Of a DNA stretch of 49,106 nt, positions 9,163 through 20,069 are shown piece after piece. Source of the stretch: Pseudobdellovibrionaceae bacterium. GTDB taxonomy: Bacteria > Bdellovibrionota > Bdellovibrionia > Bdellovibrionales > JAMPXM01. A model generated the notes under the pieces. That model was not told the origin of the DNA, ran no database searches, and saw nothing but the letters and a program-made list of their open reading frames with translations. Each line of letters begins with the position of its first letter. Position 1 is the stretch's first letter. The stretch covers positions 1 through 49,106 of the forward strand of contig JAMPXM010000001.1 in NCBI GenBank assembly GCA_023701225.1. Direction: 5' to 3'. A program made the translations under genes and the position numbers.

Positions 9163-9981
9163 TTAAGACGCCAATGTATTGGTCAGAAACCGTATCAAAA
9201 CGTAAAAAACTGGCGCGGCAAAAAAGACGCCGTCACAGCGATCGAGAATACCGCCATGACCTGGCATGATGGAGCCGGAGTCTTTGACCTGGGCGACGCG
9301 TTTGAGGAGGGATTCAAAAAGATCGCCGACCTGCGCAAAAATCCCGGTCACGACGGCGATACCCACCATCGGCAGAGGGGATTGCTGGGGAATCACATAG
9401 CTCATGGCAAGTCCCGCCAGACCTGAGCCGATTAAGCCACCGACGGCACCTTCAATGGATTTTTTCGGAGAGACTGCCTCGAGAAGTCGGTTTTTCCCCA
9501 ACTTTTGGCCAACCAAATAGGCCATTGTGTCACCCGCGAAGACGATCACCAGTAAACAGAACAGCCATAAATCGCCATTCGCATTTTCCAATAACCGGGT
9601 GGCCAAGGCCGGCATGAGGCCGACATATAAGAAACCGAGTAGGCCGAGGCTTTGCAGCCGTAACGCTCGACTCAGGTCGTCTATGTTTTTGACGTCCATG
9701 AGCGTGGTGGTAAAAAACACGATCGCGCAAATGATGAGAGCGGTCAGGCCGGAGGTATCACCGACAAGTGCGCTGAAATAGATCACGAGCGTGAGTGCAT
9801 GGAATGTCCAAAGGCGCATGCCGAACGTGCGTTCAATGGAAAAAGCGAGGCGGCCGTATTCCCGCAGGCAACCAACGGTCACCAGCGCACAAATCAAAAA
9901 CAGCCCTTTGGTTTCGAAGAAAAAATAAATCGCAAAGCAGAGCGAGAGAGCGATGAGTGCGGAAATAACTCGTGTCTTCAT
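9163..9981 (-). CDS. cdsA: Phosphatidate cytidylyltransferase
   Basis: Polytopic membrane protein with the CDS signature KRVAQVKDSGSIMPGHGGILDRCDG. The start overlaps the uppS stop (ATGA). Confidence 0.9.
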   Translation of the reverse strand: MKTRVISALIALSLCFAIYFFFETKGLFLICALVTVGCLREYGRLAFSIERTFGMRLWTFHALTLVIYFSALVGDTSGLTALIICAIVFFTTTLMDVKNIDDLSRALRLQSLGLLGFLYVGLMPALATRLLENANGDLWLFCLLVIVFAGDTMAYLVGQKLGKNRLLEAVSPKKSIEGAVGGLIGSGLAGLAMSYVIPQQSPLPMVGIAVVTGIFAQVGDLFESLLKRVAQVKDSGSIMPGHGGILDRCDGVFFAAPVFYVLIRFLTNTLAS

Positions 9982-10829
9982 CCGATGGGGGCGGCCTTAA
10001 GCACTGATTCCGTAGGGAAGGCGGCGTCGCTGTCCCCATTGAGATCCGTGTCCAATTCCGAGTCGAAATCATCAAGCGAAGGGTCAACCCAATCGGATTC
10101 ATCGGAAACGCTTCCTTGGGGGAGCGAAGCGTGGGTGCGACCAAAGCGCCGTTCGCGCTGAGAGTAACTTTGCAGAGCGTGTTCTAACTCTTGGATCGTG
10201 AAGTCTGGCCAGAGAGTATTTGTGATGTACAGTTCACTGTACGCCGCCTGCCACAACAAGAAGTTCGAGAGCCGATATTCGCCGCTCGTGCGGATGATGA
10301 GATCCGGGTCGGGCATATCCGACGTTTCAAGACGGTTTTGCACCAGAGTCTCGTTGATGGCCTCTGGCTTCAAGCGACCTTCCGCTACCTCTTGCGCTAA
10401 TGCACGCACGGCGGCCGTGATTTCCTGGCGGGCGCCGTAGCTCAGAGCGAAGACGAGGTGCATACCGGTGTTTGCGGCGGTCGCGGCCTCGGTTTTGCGG
10501 ACTTCCGCCTGTACGGCATGAGGCAAGCGCTGAAGTTCGCCGATCGTGGTAAAGCGAATGTTGTTTTTGACGAGATTGTCCCGCTCCTTGCGCATGTGGC
10601 GCGCCAGAAGACGCATCAAGAAGAACACCTCAGGCTTCGGGCGCAGCCAGTTTTCAGTGCTGAATGCGTAGAGCGTCAGATGTCGCACCCCGAGATCGGC
10701 ACAATGCTCGATCATCGTTTTCGCGACACGTGCGCCACGGAGATGACCAAACGTACGTTCGCGGCCATGGACTTTCGCCCACCGACCGTTGCCATCCATA
10801 ATAATTGCCAAATGAGAGGGGACCTTCAA
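9978..10829 (-). CDS. uppS: Isoprenyl transferase (undecaprenyl-diphosphate synthase) with an acidic C-terminal tail
   Basis: Motifs HLAIIMDGNGRWA and RTSGEYRLSNFLLWQAAYSELY. The start is TTG 10829 with GAGGAG 9 nt upstream. It carries an extra Asp/Ser-rich tail of about 45 aa. Confidence 0.93.
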   Translation of the reverse strand: MKVPSHLAIIMDGNGRWAKVHGRERTFGHLRGARVAKTMIEHCADLGVRHLTLYAFSTENWLRPKPEVFFLMRLLARHMRKERDNLVKNNIRFTTIGELQRLPHAVQAEVRKTEAATAANTGMHLVFALSYGARQEITAAVRALAQEVAEGRLKPEAINETLVQNRLETSDMPDPDLIIRTSGEYRLSNFLLWQAAYSELYITNTLWPDFTIQELEHALQSYSQRERRFGRTHASLPQGSVSDESDWVDPSLDDFDSELDTDLNGDSDAAFPTESVLKAAPIG

Positions 10830-10843
10830 GGAAACGCGTCTCC

Positions 10844-11401
10844 TCAGATCGTCATGATTTCTTTTTCTTTGTCAGCCGCCATCTTATCGACTTTTTCGAT
10901 ATACTGGTCGGTGACTTTTTGGATCTCGTCTTGCGCGCGCTTGTTTTCGTCTTCGCTGATCGCCTTATCTTTCAGAAGCTTTTTGGCGGCTTCGTTGGCG
11001 TCGCGGCGAGCCATGCGAACGGCGACCTTGGCGTCTTCCACCATTTTCTTGGTTTGCTTGACGAGATCTTTGCGGCGCTCTTCCGTCAGATCCGGGACTT
11101 TGAGGCGAATGACTTTACCGTCGTTGATCGGCGCAAGTCCGATGTCGCTCTTGATGATCGACTGTTCGATCTCCTTGAGCATCGGCTGCTCCCATGGCGC
11201 GATCAAAAAACTTTTCGCATCGGGAGTCGAAATCGCGCTGACCTGGTTCAGGGGGGTCAGCTGACCGTAGTAGTTCACCTTGATGTTATCCAGCATCGAA
11301 ACCTGAGCGCGCCCGGTACGGACTTTCTTGAGTTCGTTCACGAGTGCCTGGATGGCCTTTTCCATGCTGTTCTTGGCGTCGGATTTCATTTTGTCGAGCA
11401 T
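10844..11401 (-). CDS. frr: Ribosome recycling factor
   Basis: 185 aa and colinear with RRF (VRTGRAQVSMLDNIKVNYYGQLTPLNQVSAIS..., EERRKDLVK). Confidence 0.96.
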   Translation of the reverse strand: MLDKMKSDAKNSMEKAIQALVNELKKVRTGRAQVSMLDNIKVNYYGQLTPLNQVSAISTPDAKSFLIAPWEQPMLKEIEQSIIKSDIGLAPINDGKVIRLKVPDLTEERRKDLVKQTKKMVEDAKVAVRMARRDANEAAKKLLKDKAISEDENKRAQDEIQKVTDQYIEKVDKMAADKEKEIMTI

Positions 11402-11431
11402 GCTGTTCGCCCCCTTGTTGCGATGGGATGA

Positions 11432-12800
<1,369 letters not shown>

Positions 12801-12821
12801 AAGATACTTACCTCTGAATAG

Positions 12822-12849
12822 GAGAGAGATCGAAAAACAGGGCACTTGA
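12822..12849 (-). terminator. Intrinsic terminator/attenuator hairpin between rpsB and tsf
   Basis: The perfect 9-bp stem CAGGGCACT/AGTGCCCTG with a 4-nt loop (12828-12849) is followed on the minus strand by TTTTTC (12827-12822). Confidence 0.6.
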
Positions 12850-12876
12850 AAGTGCCCTGAGAGAAAAACGAGGGAA

Positions 12877-13851
12877 TTAGCTTTCCGAAGAGTCGTCAGC
12901 AGCCTTCGGCTTCGTCGACTCTTCTTCGAGTTCCTGCTGGATCTCGACTTCGTCTGCAAGACCAGCGGCGACGAGCTTGCGAGTCTTGTTGGCTTTCACG
13001 ACCGACGGTCCCGATTTCTCGGCACCAGCTGCGGCTGCAGCCGCCGGCTTGCGTCCGCCACCAGGACGACGCTCGCGGCGCTCGCTCGGGGGAGCTGCCG
13101 CTGCGGGTGCTGCCATTTCTTTCTCGAGATCCGATTCTTTGTCCGTCTGCGTGCGGAGTTTGGATTCGTACATCTTTGCGCCTTCGAGGTAGCTGTCCGC
13201 GACCAGGTTGGCGAACAATTTGATCGAGCGGATCGCATCGTCGTTACCGGGAATCGGATATTCGATCGCTTCCGGGTCGACGTTGGTGTCGGCGATGCCG
13301 ACAACCGGGATGCCAAGGCGGCGTGCTTCAGCAACCGCAATGTGCTCTTTGTTGAGGTCGACGACGAACATCATGTGCGGGGGGCCCTGCATTTCGCGGA
13401 TACCTTCGAGGTATTCGACGAGGCGGAGATATTCTTTTTCAATGCCCGAGCGCTCTTTCTTGGAGAAGTACTCGAGTTCGCCCTTTTCGCGCATTTGGTC
13501 GATTTTACGCAGGCGATCGATCGAAGCTTTGATGGTTGCAAAGTTCGTCAGCATGCCACCCAGCCAACGTTTCGTGACGTAGTACTGATTGCAGCGCTTG
13601 GCGGCCTCTTGGATCGGCTCGATCGCTTGCTTCTTGGTGCCGACGAACACCAGGCGTCCGCCTTGTGCTGCCAACGCCTTCACGGCGTCCGCCGCTTTCT
13701 TGGCTTTGTCGACCGATTTGTGCAGGTCGATGATGTGGATCCCGCCACGTGCCGTGAAAACATACGGCTTCATCTTGGGGTTCCAACGCTGCGTCTGGTG
13801 ACCGAAGTGCACGCCCGCGTCGAGCATGTCCTTCATATTGATCTGGGCCAT
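12877..13851 (-). CDS. rpsB: 30S ribosomal protein S2 with a long low-complexity C-terminal tail
   Basis: MLDAGVHFGHQTQRWNPKM... is colinear with S2, and GGGAGG lies upstream of ATG 13851. Length is 324 aa. The last 85 aa or so are Ala/Pro/Glu/Lys-rich. Confidence 0.96.
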   Translation of the reverse strand: MAQINMKDMLDAGVHFGHQTQRWNPKMKPYVFTARGGIHIIDLHKSVDKAKKAADAVKALAAQGGRLVFVGTKKQAIEPIQEAAKRCNQYYVTKRWLGGMLTNFATIKASIDRLRKIDQMREKGELEYFSKKERSGIEKEYLRLVEYLEGIREMQGPPHMMFVVDLNKEHIAVAEARRLGIPVVGIADTNVDPEAIEYPIPGNDDAIRSIKLFANLVADSYLEGAKMYESKLRTQTDKESDLEKEMAAPAAAAPPSERRERRPGGGRKPAAAAAAGAEKSGPSVVKANKTRKLVAAGLADEVEIQQELEEESTKPKAADDSSES

Positions 13852-14097
13852 GAGTTCCTCCCGATTCTGGTTTGGCCTCCGTTCTGCTGGTGGAACCGCA
13901 ACCGCGATTCACCCCCCCGTATTTCGGGGACCAGTGAGAGTGCAGAACGTGTGTAATTAGAACGCTTCTAAAAGTGCTTCGTCGGGGATAGCACGCGGAG
14001 CGGCGTTAGCGCAACCTTTTGGTGGGATAGGTCAGCCAGCAATGATGGCCCGGAAGCGGGTCTGAGCAAACGGGCTGCCGCTAGGCGTCGCTAGTTC

Positions 14098-15273
14098 TTA
14101 GACCGTCAGATTGGAACCGGGAGCGGCGTTTTCCTCAAGGTCAGTTTCCAGGTGGGGAGACCGGAAGTTTTCCAAAACCAGGCGGGCCTGATCGAGAGTT
14201 CCAATCAGGTCGCGATGGGGGTTGAAAAAGTGGCTGGCCACCCAGAGATTTTCGATTTTTGGCCAGCGCTGATCCTCGCTGAGCAATCCCTCCACTTCGC
14301 CATGGCTTTGCGGCGAAACGACGATGCGTTCGCTCACGAGGCCGTCCAAAGCGGTTTCATAAGCTCGCTTCACCTGGCGCTTGATGCGCTTAAGGGCGTT
14401 GGCCGTCTCCTCGGCATCATCCGTGAGATCGGCGCGGAGGAACGTGCACCATTGCGAAAGCTGAACGGTCTCGCCGCTGGACAGGGTCATGGCCGGATGG
14501 AACAAGCCCGCCAAGGGTTCCTCGTTCGCGCTCTTCAGCATATGCAGCTGACGTGACTCGCTGACGGCCTTGCCGTGAATCAAATCCAAGTACACGGCCG
14601 TGAAAAACTTGCCTTTGGACAGTCGATGTTTCTGGCGTGCGGACGCGGTGTTTTCGGGGATCAGGGGAGCCAGGTCCCGGGGCGAAGCGCAGAAAATGTA
14701 CTCACGCGCCGAGAGCTTTTTCGTGCCGTTGACCAGAATTTCGATGATGAAACCATCATCGTATTGGAGCTTGGTCACGTGCGACTGCAGGAAGGTGGTG
14801 CCCGTGAAGCTTCCCGCTAAAGTTTTGACCCAGTCTTTCGGCGTCGCTGTCGTGACGAAGCGCCGCGGAGTTGAAAACGGAGCCAATTCCGCTGCGGCTT
14901 CCGGCTCGAAAGCTCCAAAACCGACAAAGGGTTGGAACTTGCCGTTGTCATATGTCACGGGCGGTTCGTCGATTTCCTCAATGGACAACGACGTGCCCAA
15001 CACGGTTTCCAACCACTCCAAGTTGGCGCGTGCCGCGGGTGTGGCCGGCATGAACTTCATGCCATTGTCGATCGGGCCCAATACGCTATTTTGCGGACGG
15101 CTGGTGCCCCCGAGGACATCCAGGGCTTCAACGAGAGCGACTTTGCGTCCCGTGCCTTCGAGTTGATGGGCGACCAAGAGACCAGAAAGGCCGCCTCCGA
15201 TAACGATACTGTCGAATTCTTGTGATTTGCCGGTTTTGACTTGAGCCATCGACTCGAAGAATTGACGATTCAA
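14098..15273 (-). CDS. NAD(P)/FAD-dependent oxidoreductase (amine-oxidase / phytoene-desaturase-like fold)
   Basis: Dinucleotide-binding motif DSIVIGGGLSGLLVAHQL..KVALVEALDVLGG. The start is uncertain: TTG 15273 overlaps the upstream stop, and ATG 15249 is the alternative. Confidence 0.8.
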   Translation of the reverse strand: MNRQFFESMAQVKTGKSQEFDSIVIGGGLSGLLVAHQLEGTGRKVALVEALDVLGGTSRPQNSVLGPIDNGMKFMPATPAARANLEWLETVLGTSLSIEEIDEPPVTYDNGKFQPFVGFGAFEPEAAAELAPFSTPRRFVTTATPKDWVKTLAGSFTGTTFLQSHVTKLQYDDGFIIEILVNGTKKLSAREYIFCASPRDLAPLIPENTASARQKHRLSKGKFFTAVYLDLIHGKAVSESRQLHMLKSANEEPLAGLFHPAMTLSSGETVQLSQWCTFLRADLTDDAEETANALKRIKRQVKRAYETALDGLVSERIVVSPQSHGEVEGLLSEDQRWPKIENLWVASHFFNPHRDLIGTLDQARLVLENFRSPHLETDLEENAAPGSNLTV

Positions 15274-16220
15274 ACGGATCCATCAAGGGATTTCTGCCGG
15301 AATGCCTTTCGTCTGAGCACGAGCCGCGGCCCCATCCAAAGCGAGAGCGTTCGGGCCAGCCATGTCAGTGCTTTCCGCGTCGGGGGCTTGAATCCGGGGT
15401 GCGCATCGAGAAAATCCGCGACGGGCGGGGAAAAACGGTAATAGAGCAGGGTCAGGCGCCGTCCGATCGCCGTGGAGCGCAGCACTTCGTCTCGAAAGCG
15501 GCACAAGATCATCACCTCGGGGGAGTGGCCTTCAAAGGCGGCCGTGGCGATGAAGCATCGCGCCCGCTTGGCGTTGATGAGTTTCAGGAAATGCTTATAA
15601 GCATCCGGGTTTTTCGCCTGGCGTGTTTGCGCTTCCGCTTTTTTGATCAAGTTTGGCAGCACGGGTGTGAAGCGGCTGAACTCGGCGAGTTTTTCCGCCG
15701 CTTTCAACTGTCGATCTCGATAGCGGGGATTGACGTCATAGATGCGCATCAAGTCCCAGTACACCGATGAGATCACGGTTAGCTCTTGTTTGCGCGCGCC
15801 ATTCGAAAACAAATCCGGACTCAGCTCACCTGGTTTGCGTTCGTAGACGACTTCCAGAATTCGCAGATATTTTTCGTAGGAGACGGCCGCGTCAGAAAAC
15901 AGCTTCGAGACCATGAGTTGCTTGGCCTGTTTGATCAAGGCGACACGATTGCGCCAAAGCTGAAGGCGGTTTTCCGCCTTTTTGGCCTCTTCCACGCGAA
16001 GCGTGGCGCCCGCCGACACCTGATTGGCGAACTCGCGCATGCAATTCGGGCATGCTTCGCTGGGAACGTTCGTCAAACCGACGACTTCGACCAGGCGAAG
16101 TTTCATGCCGGCCTCCATGCGGGAGAGTTCGACGTTTTCCGTTCCGCAGTTCGGGCAAATTGAGGGTGTCGTAGAAGGTGCGTTCACGTATTTGATTTTA
16201 TGAGAGCTTCGCTTGGGCAC
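15270..16220 (-). CDS. Hypothetical protein: N-terminal zinc ribbon, helical middle, C-terminal CFIATAA..FRD..YY..SP module
   Basis: Two CPNC pairs (CPNCGTE ... CPNCMREF). The C-terminus is CFIATAAFEGHSPEVMILCRFRDEVLRSTAIGRRLTLLYYRFSPPVADFL. GTG start, no clear RBS. Confidence 0.65.
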   Translation of the reverse strand: MPKRSSHKIKYVNAPSTTPSICPNCGTENVELSRMEAGMKLRLVEVVGLTNVPSEACPNCMREFANQVSAGATLRVEEAKKAENRLQLWRNRVALIKQAKQLMVSKLFSDAAVSYEKYLRILEVVYERKPGELSPDLFSNGARKQELTVISSVYWDLMRIYDVNPRYRDRQLKAAEKLAEFSRFTPVLPNLIKKAEAQTRQAKNPDAYKHFLKLINAKRARCFIATAAFEGHSPEVMILCRFRDEVLRSTAIGRRLTLLYYRFSPPVADFLDAHPGFKPPTRKALTWLARTLSLWMGPRLVLRRKAFRQKSLDGSV

Positions 16221-16262
16221 GAAGCACTGATTGCGGGTCAGGCCTTAGGGCGGGGCGCCCGC

Positions 16263-18308
16263 TCAAAGCAAATTCATAGCGTCGATGTCGACGGAGACTT
16301 TCACCGCGGAGGGAATCCAATCGCCATCGGCGAGGAGTTGTTTGCAGAACCGCCCCATATTGGCGGCATCCGCGCTTTTGACCAGAAATTGAAAACGAAA
16401 ATTGTTTCGTAATTTCCCCAGCGGGCAAGGAGCTGGACCCAGTAATTCGATTTTCTGATAAGCGATTTGCTGGGCCTGTAGGAGTTCGGCGCGTGTGCGC
16501 AGCAAAGAAGCCGTGCGTTGCGTTTTTTCAAAATCCAATCCCACGATGCGGAACGCGGCTAGGCGCCAAAACGGAGGATACTGGAGTTGTTCGCGGAAAC
16601 TCATCTCAAAGCGCGCAAAGCCCGCGTAGTCATGCGCTTGCGTAAATTGGATGCTGGGGTGGTCGGGGTTGTAGGTTTGAATCAACACGCGTCCCGGCTT
16701 GTCCTCGACGTGGCGACCGGAGCGTCCAGCGACCTGCGTGAGCAGCTGAAAGGCGCGTTCGGACGCCCGGAAGTCCGGCAGGTTGAACGCGATATCCGCC
16801 ATCACCAGGCCGACGAGGATGAGATTGGGGAAATCCAATCCCTTGGCGATCATTTGTGTGCCGACGATAAAATCAACTTCGCCGCTTTCGATTTGAGCGA
16901 TCGCGTCTTCGAGCTCTTCGCGTGTGGAGATCTCGTCGCGGTCCATGCGTGCGACACGCGCTCCCGGGAAAAGACGAATGAGATCGCTTTCGACCAGCTC
17001 GGTGCCCAAACCCAACGGCCGAGGCTCGCCTTCGCGACAGTCCGAGCAAACCGGACCCAGGGTTTGATGAAATTCACAGTAATGGCAGAGGAGATGGTTT
17101 TTTCCGTGCAGGGTCAGGCTGACCTCGCAGTTCGGACACTCCGGCACGAAGCCACAGGCGGGACACACGACGCTTTGAGCGACTCCGCGCCGATTCAGAA
17201 AAAGCGCGGACTGCTTTTTAGACTCATGGGTTTCGCGCAACGCCGAGTACAGAGTGCCGCTTAGCCAGAACGGGAGATCGTGGTTGGCTTCAGCTTGCTT
17301 GCGCTCATCGCGTTCCGTGCGCAGGTCGATGATTTCAATGGTCGGCATCGGTCTGTCTTCCACGCGCTTTTTCATTTCATGCAACCGATAGCGTCCGCTC
17401 GTCGCGTTCGTCCAGGTTTCCAAGCTCGGTGTCGCGGAGCCCAGGACGATCGGACAGGCGTATTGTTTGGCCAGGACCACGGCCGCGTCGCGCGCGTGAT
17501 ACTTGAGCTTCTCGTCTTGCTTGAAGCTGCCCTCGTGCTCTTCGTCGATGATGATCAGGCCTAAATTTTCGACCGGGCAAAAGAGCGCCGAGCGTGCGCC
17601 GATGAGGACTTTCTTTTCGCCTTCGACCATGGCCCACCACTGATCGGTTTTTTCCCGAGGCGTGAGTCCGGAATGAATCACTGCGACCGCATCGCCCAGG
17701 CGTCGGACGAAACGTTGGGTGAGCTGTGGCGTGAGCGAGATTTCGGGAACGAGCACGATGCCTTGGCGGCCTTCGGCAATGAGGTTCTCCAGCAGTCGAA
17801 TGTAGACTTCGGTTTTACCGGAGCCCGTCACCCCATGGAGAAGATGCGCGCCGAAGCCGGGCTGAGACAAAATCGCTTGGACCACCTGGTTTTGTTCCGC
17901 GGTCAGCGAAGGAGGCGCGACGGCATCCAGTCGTGGCGTCACTGGTCCTTTGCGTGATTTTTGGCGCGCTGATTCGGCTTTTTTCAAGGGCGGAAAGGCG
18001 CATTCGACGACTTGCCCGATCGGATGAAGGTAATAGCGGCTCACCCACTCGAGCCATTTGAGAAACGGCTCGGGAAGACGGGGGCGCGTGCCTTCGAGAA
18101 TTTCGGTGATGTCCTTGATTTGAAACGGGACATCACTCTCCGCCTCATCGCTCAGCAATACGCCAAGCGCGCTCCGCCTACCCAGAGGTACGCGGACACT
18201 CATGCCTCGTTTGAGAAGAGGGTGGCCTTCGAGCTGCGACGGGATTCGGTACGTCAGCGGTTCAGGCAGGGGCGCATCGACGGCCACCTTCCAGAACGTA
18301 CCACTCAT
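16263..18308 (-). CDS. priA: Primosomal protein N' (replication restart helicase PriA)
   Basis: Walker A GVTGSGKTEVY, DEEHE box and a Cys-rich zinc module (CPACG..CPNC..CHYC..CSDC). Length is 681 aa. ATGA overlap with the upstream gene. Confidence 0.94.
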   Translation of the reverse strand: MSGTFWKVAVDAPLPEPLTYRIPSQLEGHPLLKRGMSVRVPLGRRSALGVLLSDEAESDVPFQIKDITEILEGTRPRLPEPFLKWLEWVSRYYLHPIGQVVECAFPPLKKAESARQKSRKGPVTPRLDAVAPPSLTAEQNQVVQAILSQPGFGAHLLHGVTGSGKTEVYIRLLENLIAEGRQGIVLVPEISLTPQLTQRFVRRLGDAVAVIHSGLTPREKTDQWWAMVEGEKKVLIGARSALFCPVENLGLIIIDEEHEGSFKQDEKLKYHARDAAVVLAKQYACPIVLGSATPSLETWTNATSGRYRLHEMKKRVEDRPMPTIEIIDLRTERDERKQAEANHDLPFWLSGTLYSALRETHESKKQSALFLNRRGVAQSVVCPACGFVPECPNCEVSLTLHGKNHLLCHYCEFHQTLGPVCSDCREGEPRPLGLGTELVESDLIRLFPGARVARMDRDEISTREELEDAIAQIESGEVDFIVGTQMIAKGLDFPNLILVGLVMADIAFNLPDFRASERAFQLLTQVAGRSGRHVEDKPGRVLIQTYNPDHPSIQFTQAHDYAGFARFEMSFREQLQYPPFWRLAAFRIVGLDFEKTQRTASLLRTRAELLQAQQIAYQKIELLGPAPCPLGKLRNNFRFQFLVKSADAANMGRFCKQLLADGDWIPSAVKVSVDIDAMNLL

Positions 18309-19183
18309 CGAAACCTCTGGTAGAACTCACGCACCTGCGGATGGTCGGGCAATTTGGAGGGCGACGCCTTGCCAACGTTCGCCAGCTGCGCTTTGACCTG
18401 AGGATTGGAGCTGACGCTCTTCACCGAAATCACTCGGATCGAAACCGAGTTCGCGTCCCAGCTGATCGTGCGATCGCGCGGAATCCGTAAACCCGAAGAG
18501 GCATAAAAGTGATTGCTCGCTTCGACCTCCGCGGCCGAAGGCAGACGGAGGCGACGAAACTGGAATGCGTCCTGATCCACCCAGAATCCGGGAGGCACTT
18601 TGGGCCCGTTCGGCGCGGCCGGGGGACCGAACGCATACGTGATGACACCGCCGGTGCGGGCTAGGCGGACGAAAGTTTCATATTGAAAATTCACGCCATT
18701 GACGCTCTTGGCGCGTTTTTGCATCGAGGTCAGATTTGTCGGAAGAACACGTTGGCGGATCAAAGACTCGAGGACGCCCTTGCCGCTGCGAAAATGGAGG
18801 TACGGTTCAATAAATTCAAGACTCACCGCCGCCGCCTTCCACTGCCCCGTGGGTTCCGCGATCCAGCGCTTTCCATCTTTGTAACGAACTTCGTGCGACC
18901 AATTTTCCATGGACCCTTTGACGCTGCTGACGGTGAGATGCATGGAGTCGCCATTTTCCACCAACCAACGCTCACGCAAGACGATCGGATCTCCTTCCGT
19001 ACGGAATTGCACGTCTTGCTCGATCTGAAAAATGCCCCGGCCCGAGGTGCGCGCCATTCGATTTAAGATCGTGCGCGTGCTCGGAATATAAGCCAGCGAC
19101 GGCTCTGGAACGAGAAACACGGACACGAACAGCATGGCGAGAGACGCGATCCAAGTCAGGGGGGCAAACGTACAGGTGCTCAT
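18305..19183 (-). CDS. Hypothetical exported protein
   Basis: 292 aa with an N-terminal hydrophobic signal/anchor (WIASLAMLFVSVFLV). It is sandwiched in an operon-like arrangement between galU and priA. No motif recognised. Confidence 0.65.
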   Translation of the reverse strand: MSTCTFAPLTWIASLAMLFVSVFLVPEPSLAYIPSTRTILNRMARTSGRGIFQIEQDVQFRTEGDPIVLRERWLVENGDSMHLTVSSVKGSMENWSHEVRYKDGKRWIAEPTGQWKAAAVSLEFIEPYLHFRSGKGVLESLIRQRVLPTNLTSMQKRAKSVNGVNFQYETFVRLARTGGVITYAFGPPAAPNGPKVPPGFWVDQDAFQFRRLRLPSAAEVEASNHFYASSGLRIPRDRTISWDANSVSIRVISVKSVSSNPQVKAQLANVGKASPSKLPDHPQVREFYQRFR

Positions 19184-19187
19184 GGCG

Positions 19188-20069
19188 TCAGATCCTTTGC
19201 AGCAAGCCCTTTAAGTATTCACGCAGTCGGGGAGCGACCTCGGGATGCTCCAGACCCATTTCGATGTTGGCCTGAAGGTAACCGAACTTATCTCCGGCGT
19301 CATAGCGTCGCGCGAGGAGCGGAGCACCCAAGAGGCCATGCGCCTTCGCCACTTCGACCATCGCGTCCGTGAGCTGAATCTCACCGTTCTTTCCGGGTTT
19401 GGTTTTCTCAAGATACTGGAAAATTTCGGCCGAGAAAACATATCTTCCGGGCAATGCCCATCGACTCGGCGCTTGCGTGGGCGCCGGCTTTTCCACGACC
19501 GCTTGGATACGCAGCCGGCCATCGCCTTGCATCGTGCCCCCGACGATGCCGTATTTGGAGACTTCGTTTTCAGGAACCTCCATGATGGCAACCGTTGAAA
19601 GGCCCGTCGCCACGTAGGACTTCGCCAGAGTTTCAGTCACGGTTTGCTGTTGGGGTCCGGAAATCATGATCTCGTCACCCAACAGGACCGCGCAAGGTTC
19701 GTCACCGACGATCGGTCGGCCGCAAAGAACCGCGTGTCCGAGGCCGATGGCTTGTTTTTGGCGGATGCTGATGATGTTGGCCATGTTCTGGATTTTGATC
19801 AGCATCTCCACGGTCTCATGTTTACCGTCTTTGGCGAGTTTGTCTTGGAGCTCGTAGCTGCAATCGAAGAAATCCTCGATCGCCTCTTTGTTGCGGCCCG
19901 CGATGAGCACGATGTCCTCAATTCCGGCGCGCACGGCCTCCTCTACGATGTAGAGCAGAGTCGGGCGGTCGATGATCGGCAACATTTCCTTCGGTACGGT
20001 CTTTGTTGCCGGCAAGAAGCGAGTTCCTAGGCCGGCGGCGGGAATGATGGCTTTGCGTACGCGTTTCAT
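19188..20069 (-). CDS. galU: UTP--glucose-1-phosphate uridylyltransferase
   Basis: From ATG 20069 it reads MKRVRKAIIPAAGLGTRFLPATKTVPKEMLPI, the canonical GalU N-terminus, and VEKP is present. The ORF-track start 20105 adds 12 unmatched residues. Confidence 0.92.
   Translation of the reverse strand: MKRVRKAIIPAAGLGTRFLPATKTVPKEMLPIIDRPTLLYIVEEAVRAGIEDIVLIAGRNKEAIEDFFDCSYELQDKLAKDGKHETVEMLIKIQNMANIISIRQKQAIGLGHAVLCGRPIVGDEPCAVLLGDEIMISGPQQQTVTETLAKSYVATGLSTVAIMEVPENEVSKYGIVGGTMQGDGRLRIQAVVEKPAPTQAPSRWALPGRYVFSAEIFQYLEKTKPGKNGEIQLTDAMVEVAKAHGLLGAPLLARRYDAGDKFGYLQANIEMGLEHPEVAPRLREYLKGLLQRI

Noticed and set aside
10458-11264. 268-aa plus-strand ORF antisense to uppS and frr
   Set aside because: It overlaps two unambiguous conserved genes, and its composition (Ser/Arg/Leu-rich) is antisense-like.
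13852-14097. 246-nt spacer upstream of rpsB, examined for a tRNA, a conserved S2 leader or a clean sigma-70 promoter
   Set aside because: There is no cloverleaf-compatible sequence and no convincing -35/-10 pair. Only weak duplicated GGAGG-like text lies near the RBS, so nothing is callable.
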